A stretch of DNA of 64,000 bases from Sedimentisphaerales bacterium (lineage in GTDB: Bacteria; Planctomycetota; Phycisphaerae; Sedimentisphaerales; SM23-30). Both the position numbers and the translations under genes were made by a program. The notes beneath the pieces are model-generated. The model saw nothing but the letters and a program-made list of their open reading frames with translations. It was not told where the DNA came from and did no database searches. Below are positions 10,068 to 20,210 of this stretch, piece by piece (positions within the stretch are counted from its first letter, which is position 1; each line of letters opens with the position of its first letter). Where the stretch lies: assembly GCA_963667715.1 (NCBI GenBank), contig OY763926.1, positions 909,249 through 973,248 of the forward strand. The letters are read 5' to 3'.

Positions 10068-11915
10068 ATGGCTTTATTAAGAGAAAAACGGATATTTATA
10101 GTACTATTAATGATATGTATGTTTGGTTGTGTGTCAGTTTGGGCTGAGAGTGCAGGTTCGAAAGGATCAGATTCAGAGCCGGAGGTAGTTGATACATATA
10201 ATATTGCTGTGGTAGATATAGCTGGTTATGGTCTGCTGAGGCCTGATGTTGAAGTTGTGTCGTTGTTTGGCCAGGAGAGCAGTTTTAATATTCTGACAGT
10301 TGCAGGTCGGCTAAGGCAGGCATCAGAAGATGAAGGTGTTGACGCGATCTTACTGACGCTGAATGGTCCGATGTTGAGTCTGGAGAATATTCAGTATTTT
10401 CGTAAGGTTATCTCAGAGGTTCAGGCGGCCGGGAAAAAAGTATATGTATATGCAGAGAGCTATAGTCAGAGTGAGTATCTGATGGTCTGCGGCTGTGACA
10501 AGGTTATAATGAGTTATAGCGGTGGTGTAGAGCTTATTGGTTTGATGGGAGAGGCTCTGTATTTCAAAGGAGTTATGGATAAGGTTGGTTTGAGTGCTGA
10601 TATGATCAGTATTGGCAGATATAAATCGGCAGGGGAGCAGCTAACCCGCAGTGGCCCAAGTCAGGCGGAAATGGATCAGACTGATGCTTTGCTGGACGAT
10701 ATATATGCGGTAATAGTAAAATCAATAGCAGATTCTCGGGATATGTCAGAGAAGGCTGTTTGTGAGCTGATAGATAATGGCCCTTATTCTTCCAGAGAGG
10801 CGATATCAAATGAGCTGGTTGACGGCGTAATGTATCGCGACGAGCTGATAGACTCTATTGGTAAAGAAAACGGTCAGGTAATGTTATTGATGAATTATGG
10901 CTATGTTAGTCATGGTGCTGACTATAGCGGCCAGAGTTTATTTTCGATAATGCAGGAGCTATTTACGCCGGCAGTGAAGGAAGCAGAGCCGGTAAATGAT
11001 CTTATCGCAGTTGTAACTATTGACGGTTCGATCGTATCGGGTGGTGGTGCTACTTATAACAGTTCAGCTGCTGGCTCAGAAACGATCAGGAATGTGTTGA
11101 AGGACTGTAGAAATAGTGAAAGTATAAAAGGTGTTGTAGTTAGGATCGATTCGCCGGGCGGTAGTGCTCTGGCAAGTGATGTAATCTATCATGCGATTCG
11201 CAGGACAGCTGAGGTTAAGCCGCTGGCGGTTAGTATGGGCTCAGTAGCGGCGTCGGGTGGTTATTATACAGCCTGTGGTAGTGAGATGATCTTTGCAGAT
11301 GATATTACGATAACAGGTTCTATTGGTGTTGTAGGTGGAAAAGTATATTACGGTGAGCTGTTAGATAAACTTGGCGTTGGCTATCATAGTTATTCACGTG
11401 GTCGCAATGCAGGGATGCAGAGTAGTACAGTTGGTTTTAGTCCGCTGGAAAAGCAGAAGATAACTAATAGTATGCTGGAGACATATAGTCTGTTCAAAGA
11501 ACGTATTATGGCAACTCGTGCCGCCAAGATCCAGGGCGATCTAGAAAATTATGCACAGGGTCGTGTTTATTCTGGTACACGGGCCAAAGAGCTGGGGCTG
11601 ATCGATGAGCTCGGTGATATCGAGGATGCGATAAGCTATGTTGCTCAGAAGTGCAATTTGGGACAGGAGCGTGCTTTGGTGTGGCTGCCACGTCCGCAGA
11701 CATTTATGGAGATGTTCGAATCGCTGGTAGCGTCTGCCCCGACAGAAAATAATGACAATAATGCAAGTGTGATCAATAATAAGATATCAGATTATCTGAA
11801 AGCTGGCTTAGGTGATTATGGTAAATGTACCGCCCGTATTTTTGACATGCTTTCAGTTATGAAAGAAGAGCAGGTATTGACGGCGATGCCTTACCAGCTG
11901 ATGTTAAAATATTAA
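10068..11915 (+). CDS. sppA: Signal peptide peptidase SppA, 67K type (peptidase S49)
   Basis: Two S49 domains; GRYKSAGE (Lys), RIDSPGGSA, AASGGYY (Ser), TGSIGV. Confidence 0.92.
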   Translation: MALLREKRIFIVLLMICMFGCVSVWAESAGSKGSDSEPEVVDTYNIAVVDIAGYGLLRPDVEVVSLFGQESSFNILTVAGRLRQASEDEGVDAILLTLNGPMLSLENIQYFRKVISEVQAAGKKVYVYAESYSQSEYLMVCGCDKVIMSYSGGVELIGLMGEALYFKGVMDKVGLSADMISIGRYKSAGEQLTRSGPSQAEMDQTDALLDDIYAVIVKSIADSRDMSEKAVCELIDNGPYSSREAISNELVDGVMYRDELIDSIGKENGQVMLLMNYGYVSHGADYSGQSLFSIMQELFTPAVKEAEPVNDLIAVVTIDGSIVSGGGATYNSSAAGSETIRNVLKDCRNSESIKGVVVRIDSPGGSALASDVIYHAIRRTAEVKPLAVSMGSVAASGGYYTACGSEMIFADDITITGSIGVVGGKVYYGELLDKLGVGYHSYSRGRNAGMQSSTVGFSPLEKQKITNSMLETYSLFKERIMATRAAKIQGDLENYAQGRVYSGTRAKELGLIDELGDIEDAISYVAQKCNLGQERALVWLPRPQTFMEMFESLVASAPTENNDNNASVINNKISDYLKAGLGDYGKCTARIFDMLSVMKEEQVLTAMPYQLMLKY

Positions 11916-11961
11916 CAGTGAAATAAAAGGGCACTAGATTCATTAAGGTTTAATAATATAT

Positions 11962-12333
11962 ATGATAGAGAAGAGTTTAAGTACGATATTAAAAGAAGAT
12001 GGTCGGTATAGTCTGCCGGCAGTGAATTTTCTGCGTGAGGGTTTGGATTATACAATAAAGAAGTATTATCCAGATGCTGAGAGTCTGACGCCGACCCATG
12101 TTTCGGGGTATCAGCTTTGTATTGGTATTCGTGAAGTTGCTTTGGCACGCTGGGGTTATATGGCGAAGTATGTGCTTGGCTATTGGAATATAACAACAAC
12201 TCGCGATTTTGGTGAGATAGTTTATCTGCTTATAGAACATGAGTTCATGAGGCGCAATGACGATGATTCGATAGATGATTTTGACGATATCTATGATTTT
12301 GACGTGGCCTTTACTGAAGATACTTTTAAGTAG
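11962..12333 (+). CDS. Minf_1886-family (Planctomycetes/Verrucomicrobia conserved) protein
   Basis: DGRY..AV.FLREGL, HVSGYQL, WGYMA..VL.YW.I.TT.DFGEIVY.LI, DSIDDF pattern recognised from this family. Confidence 0.8.
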   Translation: MIEKSLSTILKEDGRYSLPAVNFLREGLDYTIKKYYPDAESLTPTHVSGYQLCIGIREVALARWGYMAKYVLGYWNITTTRDFGEIVYLLIEHEFMRRNDDDSIDDFDDIYDFDVAFTEDTFK

Positions 12334-12358
12334 TTCAAACAGGCCACAGGTAGTATAA

Positions 12359-12402
12359 TAAAAAAAGAACTGTCATCATGAGATCGACAGTTCTTTTTTT
12401 TT
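12359..12402. terminator. Bidirectional intrinsic terminator
   Basis: A-tract-GAACTGTC...GACAGTTC-T-tract between convergent genes. Confidence 0.85.
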
Positions 12403-12415
12403 GTATTATTTTTTA

Positions 12416-13729
12416 TTACTGCATAGTGTAAGGTTGGCCGGTGGTGAGTATGACATCTCTCCATAGCGGGCCGTCGAGGTCAACAACATTTCTCTTTTCA
12501 ACACTGAGCTTGATCGGCACATGTACCAGGCGGTTATGGATACTGCTAATGAGCAGGCCGGTTTTGCCAGCCATGGCAGCGTGGGCGGCGTTTGCACCTA
12601 ACTGGGCACAGTATATTGAGTCGCTTGGTGTTGTGGCAGTACTTCTGATAATATAGCTTGGGTCGATATATTTCATTGAATGGTCAATGTTTTTGCTCTT
12701 GAGATGAGCTACGATCTTTTCTTTTAGGTATATGCCGATGTCGCCGAGCTTTTTATTGCCGGAAGCGTCAGTGCCTTCAGCTTCGATAAGGTCCTGGCCA
12801 GCACCTTCTGCGACAACGATAACAGCGTGTCCGCGAGCTTTGAGTCTGGCTTCCAGGGCGACGAATAGTCCGGTATCACCTTCGAGTTTGAATGGCATTT
12901 CCGGGATAAGTACGAAGTTAACATCGGCCATGGCTAAGGCTGTCGCAGCAGCGATAAAGCCGGACTCGCGTCCCATGAGTTTGACGAGCCCTATGCCGTT
13001 GGGGGCATCTTCCGCTTCGGTGTGGGCGCTGGAGACAGCATCAACGGCCCGGGCGACAGCGGTTGCAAAGCCGAATGTTCTTTCTACATAGCTCAGGTCA
13101 TTGTCGATGGTTTTTGGGATACCGATAACAGAGCATCTACTGCCGCGTTTTTTGAGTTCTTCGGCAATAGCGAGAGAGCCTTTTTGGGTGCCATCACCGC
13201 CAATGGTGAATAGCATATTGACACCGAGCGATTCCAAAGTGTCGGCCATTTCAGCAGTTTGACTGCCATTACCACGTGAGCTGCCAAGTATTGTGCCGCC
13301 GGAATGGTGTACGTCTTTTACAATTTCCGGAGTGAGTTTGATCGGGGCCAGTTCATATTCTTTGAGCAGGCCACGGTATCCGAAGCGAATACCAAGGATA
13401 TCTCTAACTCCGTAATTGTGCCAGAGCGACATGAAAACAGCACGTATGACATTATTCAGGCCAGGGCACAGTCCGCCGCAGGTTACGATAGCCGCTTTAA
13501 CTTCTTCCGGTTTGAAAAATATCTTTGCTCTCGGGCCGGCAAGTTCGATATCGGCAAAGCCGTCACTGTCTGGAGTGCTGCGGTCAGCACCAACCTCATG
13601 ATGGTAGTATATTTTGTCATTGTCACTGACAAAGTCTGCGATCATGTCATTTTTGGTGAGGGATAGTTTCAGGGGTGAATCCAGCTGAGCTGGTCCCAGT
13701 GTATCGATAGTGAAGTTCAATTTTGGCAT
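12416..13729 (-). CDS. pfkA: ATP-dependent 6-phosphofructokinase (group X type)
   Basis: TCGGLCPGLN, GGTILGSSRG, GGDGTQKG (Gly at the ATP/PPi-discriminating position), PKTIDND, KLMGR. Confidence 0.9.
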   Translation of the reverse strand: MPKLNFTIDTLGPAQLDSPLKLSLTKNDMIADFVSDNDKIYYHHEVGADRSTPDSDGFADIELAGPRAKIFFKPEEVKAAIVTCGGLCPGLNNVIRAVFMSLWHNYGVRDILGIRFGYRGLLKEYELAPIKLTPEIVKDVHHSGGTILGSSRGNGSQTAEMADTLESLGVNMLFTIGGDGTQKGSLAIAEELKKRGSRCSVIGIPKTIDNDLSYVERTFGFATAVARAVDAVSSAHTEAEDAPNGIGLVKLMGRESGFIAAATALAMADVNFVLIPEMPFKLEGDTGLFVALEARLKARGHAVIVVAEGAGQDLIEAEGTDASGNKKLGDIGIYLKEKIVAHLKSKNIDHSMKYIDPSYIIRSTATTPSDSIYCAQLGANAAHAAMAGKTGLLISSIHNRLVHVPIKLSVEKRNVVDLDGPLWRDVILTTGQPYTMQ

Positions 13730-13747
13730 ATCATCGGCTCTTTCTGT

Positions 13748-13809
13748 AAAAAAAGGAAGATAGATCTGATCTGGCAGATCATGTGTGCCTGTTCAGTTCC
13801 ATCTTCCTT
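13748..13809 (-). terminator. Terminator-like hairpin between dapL and pfkA
   Basis: AAGGAAGAT...ATCTTCCTT stem with an A-tract on the left. Confidence 0.55.
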
Positions 13810-13825
13810 GTTATTGTTTTTGAAA

Positions 13826-15052
13826 TTAGATCTTTTCGATCCGTTTCATGGCTTCGCAGACATTTTCATAGCTGCCGAAAGCACTCAGACGGAAGAAACC
13901 TTCGCCAGCGGCACCGAAACCAGCACCTGGTGTACCAACTACGTGAGCTTCGTTAAGGAGCTTATCGAAGAATTCCCAGCTGCCCATATTGTTTGGAGTG
14001 GCCAGCCAGATATAAGGAGCATTTTCGCCGCCATAGACTTTGTAGCCGAAGCTGCTCAGGCTTTCGCGGATAGTCTTGGCATTGTTCATGTAATAATCGA
14101 TCAGGCTGCGAACTTCCTTCTTGCCAGCTTCTGAATATACAGCAGCAGCGGCAGCCTGTACCGGGTAAGATACGCCGTTAAACTTGGTGCAATGACGACG
14201 ATTCCAGATCGGCTTAACGTCAACCGCTTCGCCAGTTTCGGTATAAGCTTTCAGTTCATTTGGCACAACGGTGAACGCACAGCGAGTACCAGTGAAACCA
14301 GCGTTCTTTGAGAAGCTGCGGAACTCAATAGCAACTTCTTTAGCACCAGGAATCTCGTAAATAGAGTGCGGGATATTTTCGTCTGAGATGAACGCTTCAT
14401 AAGCGGCATCGAAGAAGATGATCGCCTTGTTTTCGCGAGCATAGTCAACCCACATCTGTAGAGCTTCTTTGCTGGCAACTGCGCCGGTCGGATTGTTTGG
14501 ATAGCAGAGGTAGATAATATCAACTTTTTCCTTAGGCAGGTCAGGAGTGAAGTTGTTATCTGCGGTACAAGGCATATATACGAGGCCATTGTACTGACCA
14601 CTGTCGCTGGCAGAGCCGGTACGGCCAGCCATGACATTGGTATCTACGTAAACTGGATATACAGGGTCGGTGATCGCGATCTTGTTATTCAGGCCGAATA
14701 TCTCCTGGATATTACCAGTGTCGCATTTTGAACCGTCCGAGATGAATATTTCATCGGCAGAGACATCAGCGCCACGACTCTGATAGTCGTTAGCTGCGAT
14801 AGCTTCTCTGAGGAAAGCGTAACCCTGTTCCGGGCCGTAACCGCGGAAACCAGAATCAGTTGCCATTTCATCGACAGCCTTGTGGAAGGCTTCTGTGATC
14901 GCTGGTGTCAGTGGCTTGGTAACATCGCCGATACCGAGGCGTATGACAGGTGCAGAAGGATTTGCCTGAGTGAAAGCAGTAACTCTGCGAGAGATTTCCG
15001 GGAATAGGTAGCCAGCCTTTAACTTCAAATAATTTTCGTTTATCTTGATCAT
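13826..15052 (-). CDS. dapL: LL-diaminopimelate aminotransferase
   Basis: [41 protein letters not shown] (PLP lysine). Confidence 0.96.
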   Translation of the reverse strand: MIKINENYLKLKAGYLFPEISRRVTAFTQANPSAPVIRLGIGDVTKPLTPAITEAFHKAVDEMATDSGFRGYGPEQGYAFLREAIAANDYQSRGADVSADEIFISDGSKCDTGNIQEIFGLNNKIAITDPVYPVYVDTNVMAGRTGSASDSGQYNGLVYMPCTADNNFTPDLPKEKVDIIYLCYPNNPTGAVASKEALQMWVDYARENKAIIFFDAAYEAFISDENIPHSIYEIPGAKEVAIEFRSFSKNAGFTGTRCAFTVVPNELKAYTETGEAVDVKPIWNRRHCTKFNGVSYPVQAAAAAVYSEAGKKEVRSLIDYYMNNAKTIRESLSSFGYKVYGGENAPYIWLATPNNMGSWEFFDKLLNEAHVVGTPGAGFGAAGEGFFRLSAFGSYENVCEAMKRIEKI

Positions 15053-15254
15053 TTATACTCCTGTATCTATTTATCTCTATGTTTTCGGTTTATAATTACC
15101 CGGCAGCGTCTGTCGCCAGAGTAATAAATAACCATTATTATAAACGAAATAGCGATTAAATCAACTGTTGAGAGCAAATCTGTCAAGCGGTTTGGCAGAT
15201 TTCGGCAGTGATTTTAGAGTATAAAGTAAAGATAGGCAGTTTTTTCGTAGTTTG

Positions 15255-18200
15255 TCACTGGTCAAAGCAGGTTGGGTACTGGCCACAGGCGAGCCAGTTG
15301 CCGACAAGCAATGACAGGTCCAGAACATCTACGGTGCAGTCATTGTTTAGGTCGAATCGGCTTTCAGGCTTTAGCGACTGGATACAGACTGTCTTGCTGG
15401 TGATGGTTGAGTATTCATTAGCGATCTCAAACTCGTTCAGTGGGTAATTGAATATTTTTAGTTCGTCGATCTGGCCGGTGAAGTAGTTAGCGGCATTGTT
15501 GATCTTGCCAATTGATAGAGTTTGGGTGCTGTCTCTTTTGCCGGTAGGGCCAGATGTTTCGTTTTCCAGCTGGCCGTCAATATAAATTGACATCTTTCCG
15601 CTGGTATTGTCACGAGCGGCGGCACAATGGTGCCATTTACCATCATTTATATCGCTTATAGATGAAATAGTAGTGTCAGGGTTGCCGATACCGAATCCGA
15701 ACTTATTGCCTCTGATGACAGTGCCAAAATCATTAACACTATTAGGCATTTCGCCGTCGATTAGTCCTGTGCCTTCCCACCAGCCGCCAGTGCCGCCGAT
15801 GTCAGTGGTTTTGACCCAGAACGAGATAGTGAAGCTGTTTTGAGTAGGATTTGATATTTCGATATATTGGTTTGTGCCGTTGAATGCTACTCCGTAATTG
15901 ACCATACCAGCAGAAAAAGAAGGTTGGTCATTTGGGGCATAACCATCATTCGATCCAATACTGTCAGAGAGGGTGTTGTCAAATTTGAACCAGTTGACAA
16001 GTGATCTTACTTCTAGCTGGGCGAAGTTTGAATATATAGTGTCATTATTATTGTTTGTTATTTTGCAGAAGAAGTATCCCTGGTATTCGGTAGAAATGTT
16101 TGTCAGTAAAAGGTTGGGGCCGTTGGCGATAAAGCTATCATTTCCAATTTCGGTATTATCGGAATAGTACCAGGCGTAGGTAAGTGGTGATGTGCTGCTG
16201 GCGGTAGTAGAGAAAGTGACAGTGTCACCCTGGTCTGCTAGTATGTCGTGGGGTTGAGTGGTTATTACCGGCAGGGCAGCGATAGAGGTAAAAGACCATA
16301 CTGTGCCGAATATGCTGTTGCCATTAACATTTGATATAGTGCTGCTATTTGTGGATAGTGAACTTTCGGCACCAATTCTGGCATCGACTATCTGCCAGTT
16401 GTATTGTGTGTCGTTAGCCAGGTTCTGGACAGTAAAAGAAGATGCGGCATTTGTGCCAGGGTCACCGGTCGAGCCGATGAATTTCATAGTTCCGTTTGCC
16501 GGGCCAAAAAATATGTACTGGTCAGCAATATAATCCAGTGCAGAGTTGCTGTTTGGGGCGGTTGCCGAGCTCCAGTTTAATGTTGCACTTACCCCGTTTT
16601 GGTCGTGGTTTTGAGATACTGCTGGTGCGTGTATGGCTCTGCTATGCAGCAGGTTTAACGTGTCTAGTGCACCATTGGTGAGTCTGACTTCATCTATATA
16701 GCCAAGTCCGCGGTCGGTATGGTTGCTGCCGTATAAGCCGCGTCCAACGGTAAAAGTTCCTGCCTGCCAATTTGTTCCGCTGCCAGAGCCGGTGGTTAAG
16801 GAAGGGTTACTGCTTGAGCTGATATCGTTTTGGGCGATGAGCTGATAGCCGTTGTTGTTGCTGTGGTTTAGCAGGTAGAGAGCCATCATACTGCCGTCGC
16901 TTACTGCGGCGATAGAGTACCAGGGGACACCGTTTCCGTTAGGGTTACTGTTATTATCAAAACTTTGAATAATATTGTTAGCGGAAACAGCCTCATGCCA
17001 GTTTCCGGCAACATCGCAGAATTTGAAGGCCAGGCCATTGTTTGGTATTGCCTGTAGGTATAATGCAGCGAGATCATTATTTGAGTTGGTTCCAAAGCTA
17101 TCACGGCCGATATAAGTTCTGTATCCGCCATTCTGGAACTTTACGGTGCACTCTAAGGTGAAACTACGAGGACTCCAGCTGAGCATTGAAGAGCTTCGGC
17201 AGAACATAGTAGGTGCATCGCCACTGTTTTTAACGCTGAGCTGATTGGTTGCGATTGTGTTTGCAATTGTATTGTACGGTATTTTTGAGCTGTAGGTATA
17301 GCCGCCGTTAGGGCCTGTTTCCCATACTGCCAGCGAGTTGTTATTGCCAGATACATCGTATATATCATGGCTGTATGTGCCGTTTGAAGCCAGATGCTGA
17401 ACGTATTGGCCGGCGGAGCCATCTTCAAACCGCCAGTACGCTTTTGTTGTGGCGGTGTCACTGTTAAAGGTGTTGGATTGATATATCAGATTTGCCCGGT
17501 TAGCATTGGCGAAATCCATTACGATGATACCGAATCTGCCATTGCTGTTTTGTGAGAAGAATGTTTCGAGTCTGGGATTAACGTAGTTGGAGACAGAAGT
17601 TATACTTGGTATACCTATGAAGGAAGTGTAGCCACTACTGAAATTTACATAGAGAGTGCCTGCATTGCCATTATTAGCTTCATTGAGCATATTTGATACG
17701 TCAGTCCACTTTTCAGAGCCGCTACCGTTGCTATAGTTGTCCTGAACACGCATTTTTGCGTCATTGTTTATGTTGAATGTAGTATCGTCGGCCCAGTTAG
17801 AGGCGTTTAGGCCACCTGTGTTGCTTGCAGGAAAACGTCTAAAAAGTACGATCTTGCCTCTTACGGTTCCCAGGTTAGGTATTTTAGTGCCTGTGTACCA
17901 GCGGTCAGGATTTTTATTTACGTAAAAATTGAATGATTCTTCGAAGCTACGGCTATTATTGTAAGCATCATACTCTTCTTTGACGGACATTATGATCGTT
18001 TCGGAAGGGTTGGCGGTAAGAAAACTAATACAGGCATCTAGCACACCATCGAAATTTTGATTTTGGTATACCTGGCCATGATGAATAACGAAGGCGTTTT
18101 CGTAATGACGACACCTTATGTCGAGAAAGCGTATACCAGCATCTAACTGTTGAGTGATGGTAAGGTTCTGGCATTTGGCAGTACCGGATAATGGTTCGTA

Positions 18201-18344
18201 TAGTGCTCCAGAGTCGTGAGTGCCGGGGATGGAGAGCTGTGACAGGAAGGTATTGTCCCGGGCAGCAGCGAGCCAGTTATTACCGGCAGCAAAACATTCA
18301 TTGCAAACAAAAATAACAAACAGGATGGCCAACACTTTTCTCAT
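15255..18344 (-). CDS. Secreted modular phosphatidylinositol-specific phospholipase C (PI-PLC X) with LamG, Ig-like and dockerin-like domains
   Basis: Signal peptide; LSIPGTHDSGA, QLDAGIRFLDIR and HHG motifs. Two LamG-like domains (GYIDEVRL; WHH...GQIDELKIFN), Ig PVITTQP, C-terminal DLNNDCTVDVLDL..LVGNWL. ATG at 18344 follows AAGGA. Confidence 0.85.
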   Translation of the reverse strand: MRKVLAILFVIFVCNECFAAGNNWLAAARDNTFLSQLSIPGTHDSGALYEPLSGTAKCQNLTITQQLDAGIRFLDIRCRHYENAFVIHHGQVYQNQNFDGVLDACISFLTANPSETIIMSVKEEYDAYNNSRSFEESFNFYVNKNPDRWYTGTKIPNLGTVRGKIVLFRRFPASNTGGLNASNWADDTTFNINNDAKMRVQDNYSNGSGSEKWTDVSNMLNEANNGNAGTLYVNFSSGYTSFIGIPSITSVSNYVNPRLETFFSQNSNGRFGIIVMDFANANRANLIYQSNTFNSDTATTKAYWRFEDGSAGQYVQHLASNGTYSHDIYDVSGNNNSLAVWETGPNGGYTYSSKIPYNTIANTIATNQLSVKNSGDAPTMFCRSSSMLSWSPRSFTLECTVKFQNGGYRTYIGRDSFGTNSNNDLAALYLQAIPNNGLAFKFCDVAGNWHEAVSANNIIQSFDNNSNPNGNGVPWYSIAAVSDGSMMALYLLNHSNNNGYQLIAQNDISSSSNPSLTTGSGSGTNWQAGTFTVGRGLYGSNHTDRGLGYIDEVRLTNGALDTLNLLHSRAIHAPAVSQNHDQNGVSATLNWSSATAPNSNSALDYIADQYIFFGPANGTMKFIGSTGDPGTNAASSFTVQNLANDTQYNWQIVDARIGAESSLSTNSSTISNVNGNSIFGTVWSFTSIAALPVITTQPHDILADQGDTVTFSTTASSTSPLTYAWYYSDNTEIGNDSFIANGPNLLLTNISTEYQGYFFCKITNNNNDTIYSNFAQLEVRSLVNWFKFDNTLSDSIGSNDGYAPNDQPSFSAGMVNYGVAFNGTNQYIEISNPTQNSFTISFWVKTTDIGGTGGWWEGTGLIDGEMPNSVNDFGTVIRGNKFGFGIGNPDTTISSISDINDGKWHHCAAARDNTSGKMSIYIDGQLENETSGPTGKRDSTQTLSIGKINNAANYFTGQIDELKIFNYPLNEFEIANEYSTITSKTVCIQSLKPESRFDLNNDCTVDVLDLSLLVGNWLACGQYPTCFDQ

Positions 18345-18535
18345 TTGGGCTATTTCCTTCAACTTTCAATGTTCATATGATCTAACAAGCGATAAACGCC
18401 TGATTTATGTATCGGAATATCATATTATACAATTAAAGTTGATATAATTTTAAGATAAAAATAATATTGGGAAAATTGTGGCTGGTGATTGTTGTTTTGC
18501 TGTAAAGTGTTATATTGCAGGTGGATATGTTTTTT

Positions 18536-19069
18536 TTAGTCTGGCGTGGTTGTAATTAGAGCCAGGATCTTTTCAAACTCATTTTTTATGTTTTTGTAAG
18601 GCCAGTTTTCACTGATAGCTGGAACATGGAGGAAAAAGGCGGTTTTCAGGTGATTATTAAGGTTGGCGTGGTTGAGTAAGGTCCAGAGAGTAGCCTCGCA
18701 TACATACTGGCCGCAGTCTTTTGAAATGATGAAATGCTGGTTTTGGCAAGAGAAAAAGTTTGATATATGCTCAGGAATCAGAGAATAGTAGGTCTCTTTG
18801 CCGGGGAGGTTATGATATTGTTCCGGTTTTCTGGCCAAAGTTTCCAGACGGAACGTGTCGCCTTTAGCTAAGCCCATACAAATACAGGTTTTGGGAGTGG
18901 TAGTATTTAGCAGCGAGTTGAGTTCCAGGTTTGCCTGTAGGTAATCTACAGGTAGAACTTTGCCGACTATATTTTTTGATGGGCGGCTATACTCGCTGGC
19001 GAGCATGCCGCTGGGGTTCTCGGTAAAGTCTTTGAATGGTGTAAAACCAGTTATGATTATATTCTTCAT
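18536..19069 (-). CDS. pcp: Pyroglutamyl-peptidase I (peptidase C15)
   Basis: IITGFTPF...NPS; catalytic Glu (RLET), Cys (GQYVCE) and His (FLHVP). Confidence 0.85.
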   Translation of the reverse strand: MKNIIITGFTPFKDFTENPSGMLASEYSRPSKNIVGKVLPVDYLQANLELNSLLNTTTPKTCICMGLAKGDTFRLETLARKPEQYHNLPGKETYYSLIPEHISNFFSCQNQHFIISKDCGQYVCEATLWTLLNHANLNNHLKTAFFLHVPAISENWPYKNIKNEFEKILALITTTPD

Positions 19070-19232
19070 AATCTAATTATATTATTTAAGCTCTTAAAAT
19101 CACGTACTTTATTGGTAGTGGAGAGCTGGGGGAGCTAGTATTCAGTGGCAAAAGTTTGTTACTTCTTGTATCATAACTGTGTATTATTGATGGATATAGC
19201 TAAGTTTATGAAATGTCAGGAGGTTTGGGTAA

Positions 19233-20189
19233 ATGAAAAGCAAGTCAGACTTACATGATTTTTATCAGAATGAGCTACTAGCTGACCTGAAAAGGTTTGA
19301 AGAGAGCAGATTGGAAATAGTCGCAAAATTGCGAAATGCTGCGATAGTATTGTTTGTAATAGCATTAGTTGTTTGCATGTTCATACTTAGGAGCGGGGTA
19401 GTCATTTTTGGCATTATCCCGATCGTATTATCGCTAGCGGCCTGGGTGGGGTTGCGTCAATGGTATACCCGGTCATATCGTATGTTTTTCAAGACTGATG
19501 TGCTAGGTAAGCTGGTAAAGTTTATAGATGAGTCGTTGGAGTTTAAGCCCAAAGAATATATTACCCGGGAGGTTTATGATGCAAGTATGTTGTTTTCAAC
19601 TAAGCCGGATAAGTATAAAGGGGAAGATCTGGTAAAAGGTCAGCTGGGAAAGACTAAGATAGCATTTTCCGAACTTCATACCCAATATACAACTCGAGAC
19701 AGTAAGGGGCGGACACAAACACATACAATTTTCAAGGGTCTGTTCTTTTTGGCAGACTTTAACAAGGATTTTCAAGGTTATACTCTGGTCTTGCCGGATT
19801 ATTCCCAGCGATTATTTGGCAGTTTTGGCCAGAAATTGCAGGGTCTGTTTGCCTTTAAAGGGCAGCTGGTGAAACTTGAAGATCTGGATTTTGAAAAGCG
19901 ATTTGTAGTTTATGCCAGCGATCAGGTAGAGGCGCGTTATATACTTACGCCGTCGCTTATGCAGAGGCTGACAGAATTTGCAGAAAAGACCAAAAAAGAA
20001 GTACGTATAAGTTTTGTTCATTCCAGTGTTTTTGTCGCTATTTCACTGAAAGAGAACCTGTTTGAGCCAAGAATCTACAAAACCCTGCTGGACTTTAGCG
20101 CTATTGAAAAGTATTATGATGACCTGTTAATGGCAATAGGTATTGTCGAAGAGTTAAATTTGAATTGTCGGATCTGGACGAAGCAGTAA
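19233..20189 (+). CDS. DUF3137-family membrane-anchored protein
   Basis: Two N-terminal TM helices; TIFKGLF, VKLEDLDFEKRFVVYASDQVEARYILTPSLMQRL, LNLNCRIWTK pattern. Confidence 0.8.
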   Translation: MKSKSDLHDFYQNELLADLKRFEESRLEIVAKLRNAAIVLFVIALVVCMFILRSGVVIFGIIPIVLSLAAWVGLRQWYTRSYRMFFKTDVLGKLVKFIDESLEFKPKEYITREVYDASMLFSTKPDKYKGEDLVKGQLGKTKIAFSELHTQYTTRDSKGRTQTHTIFKGLFFLADFNKDFQGYTLVLPDYSQRLFGSFGQKLQGLFAFKGQLVKLEDLDFEKRFVVYASDQVEARYILTPSLMQRLTEFAEKTKKEVRISFVHSSVFVAISLKENLFEPRIYKTLLDFSAIEKYYDDLLMAIGIVEELNLNCRIWTKQ

Positions 20190-20210
20190 GAGAGAGTAAA
20201 AGGCTACAAG

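Noticed and set aside
12416-13729. PPi-dependent phosphofructokinase
   Set aside because: The motif is GGDGT (Gly), not GGDDT/GGDDS, which indicates ATP use.
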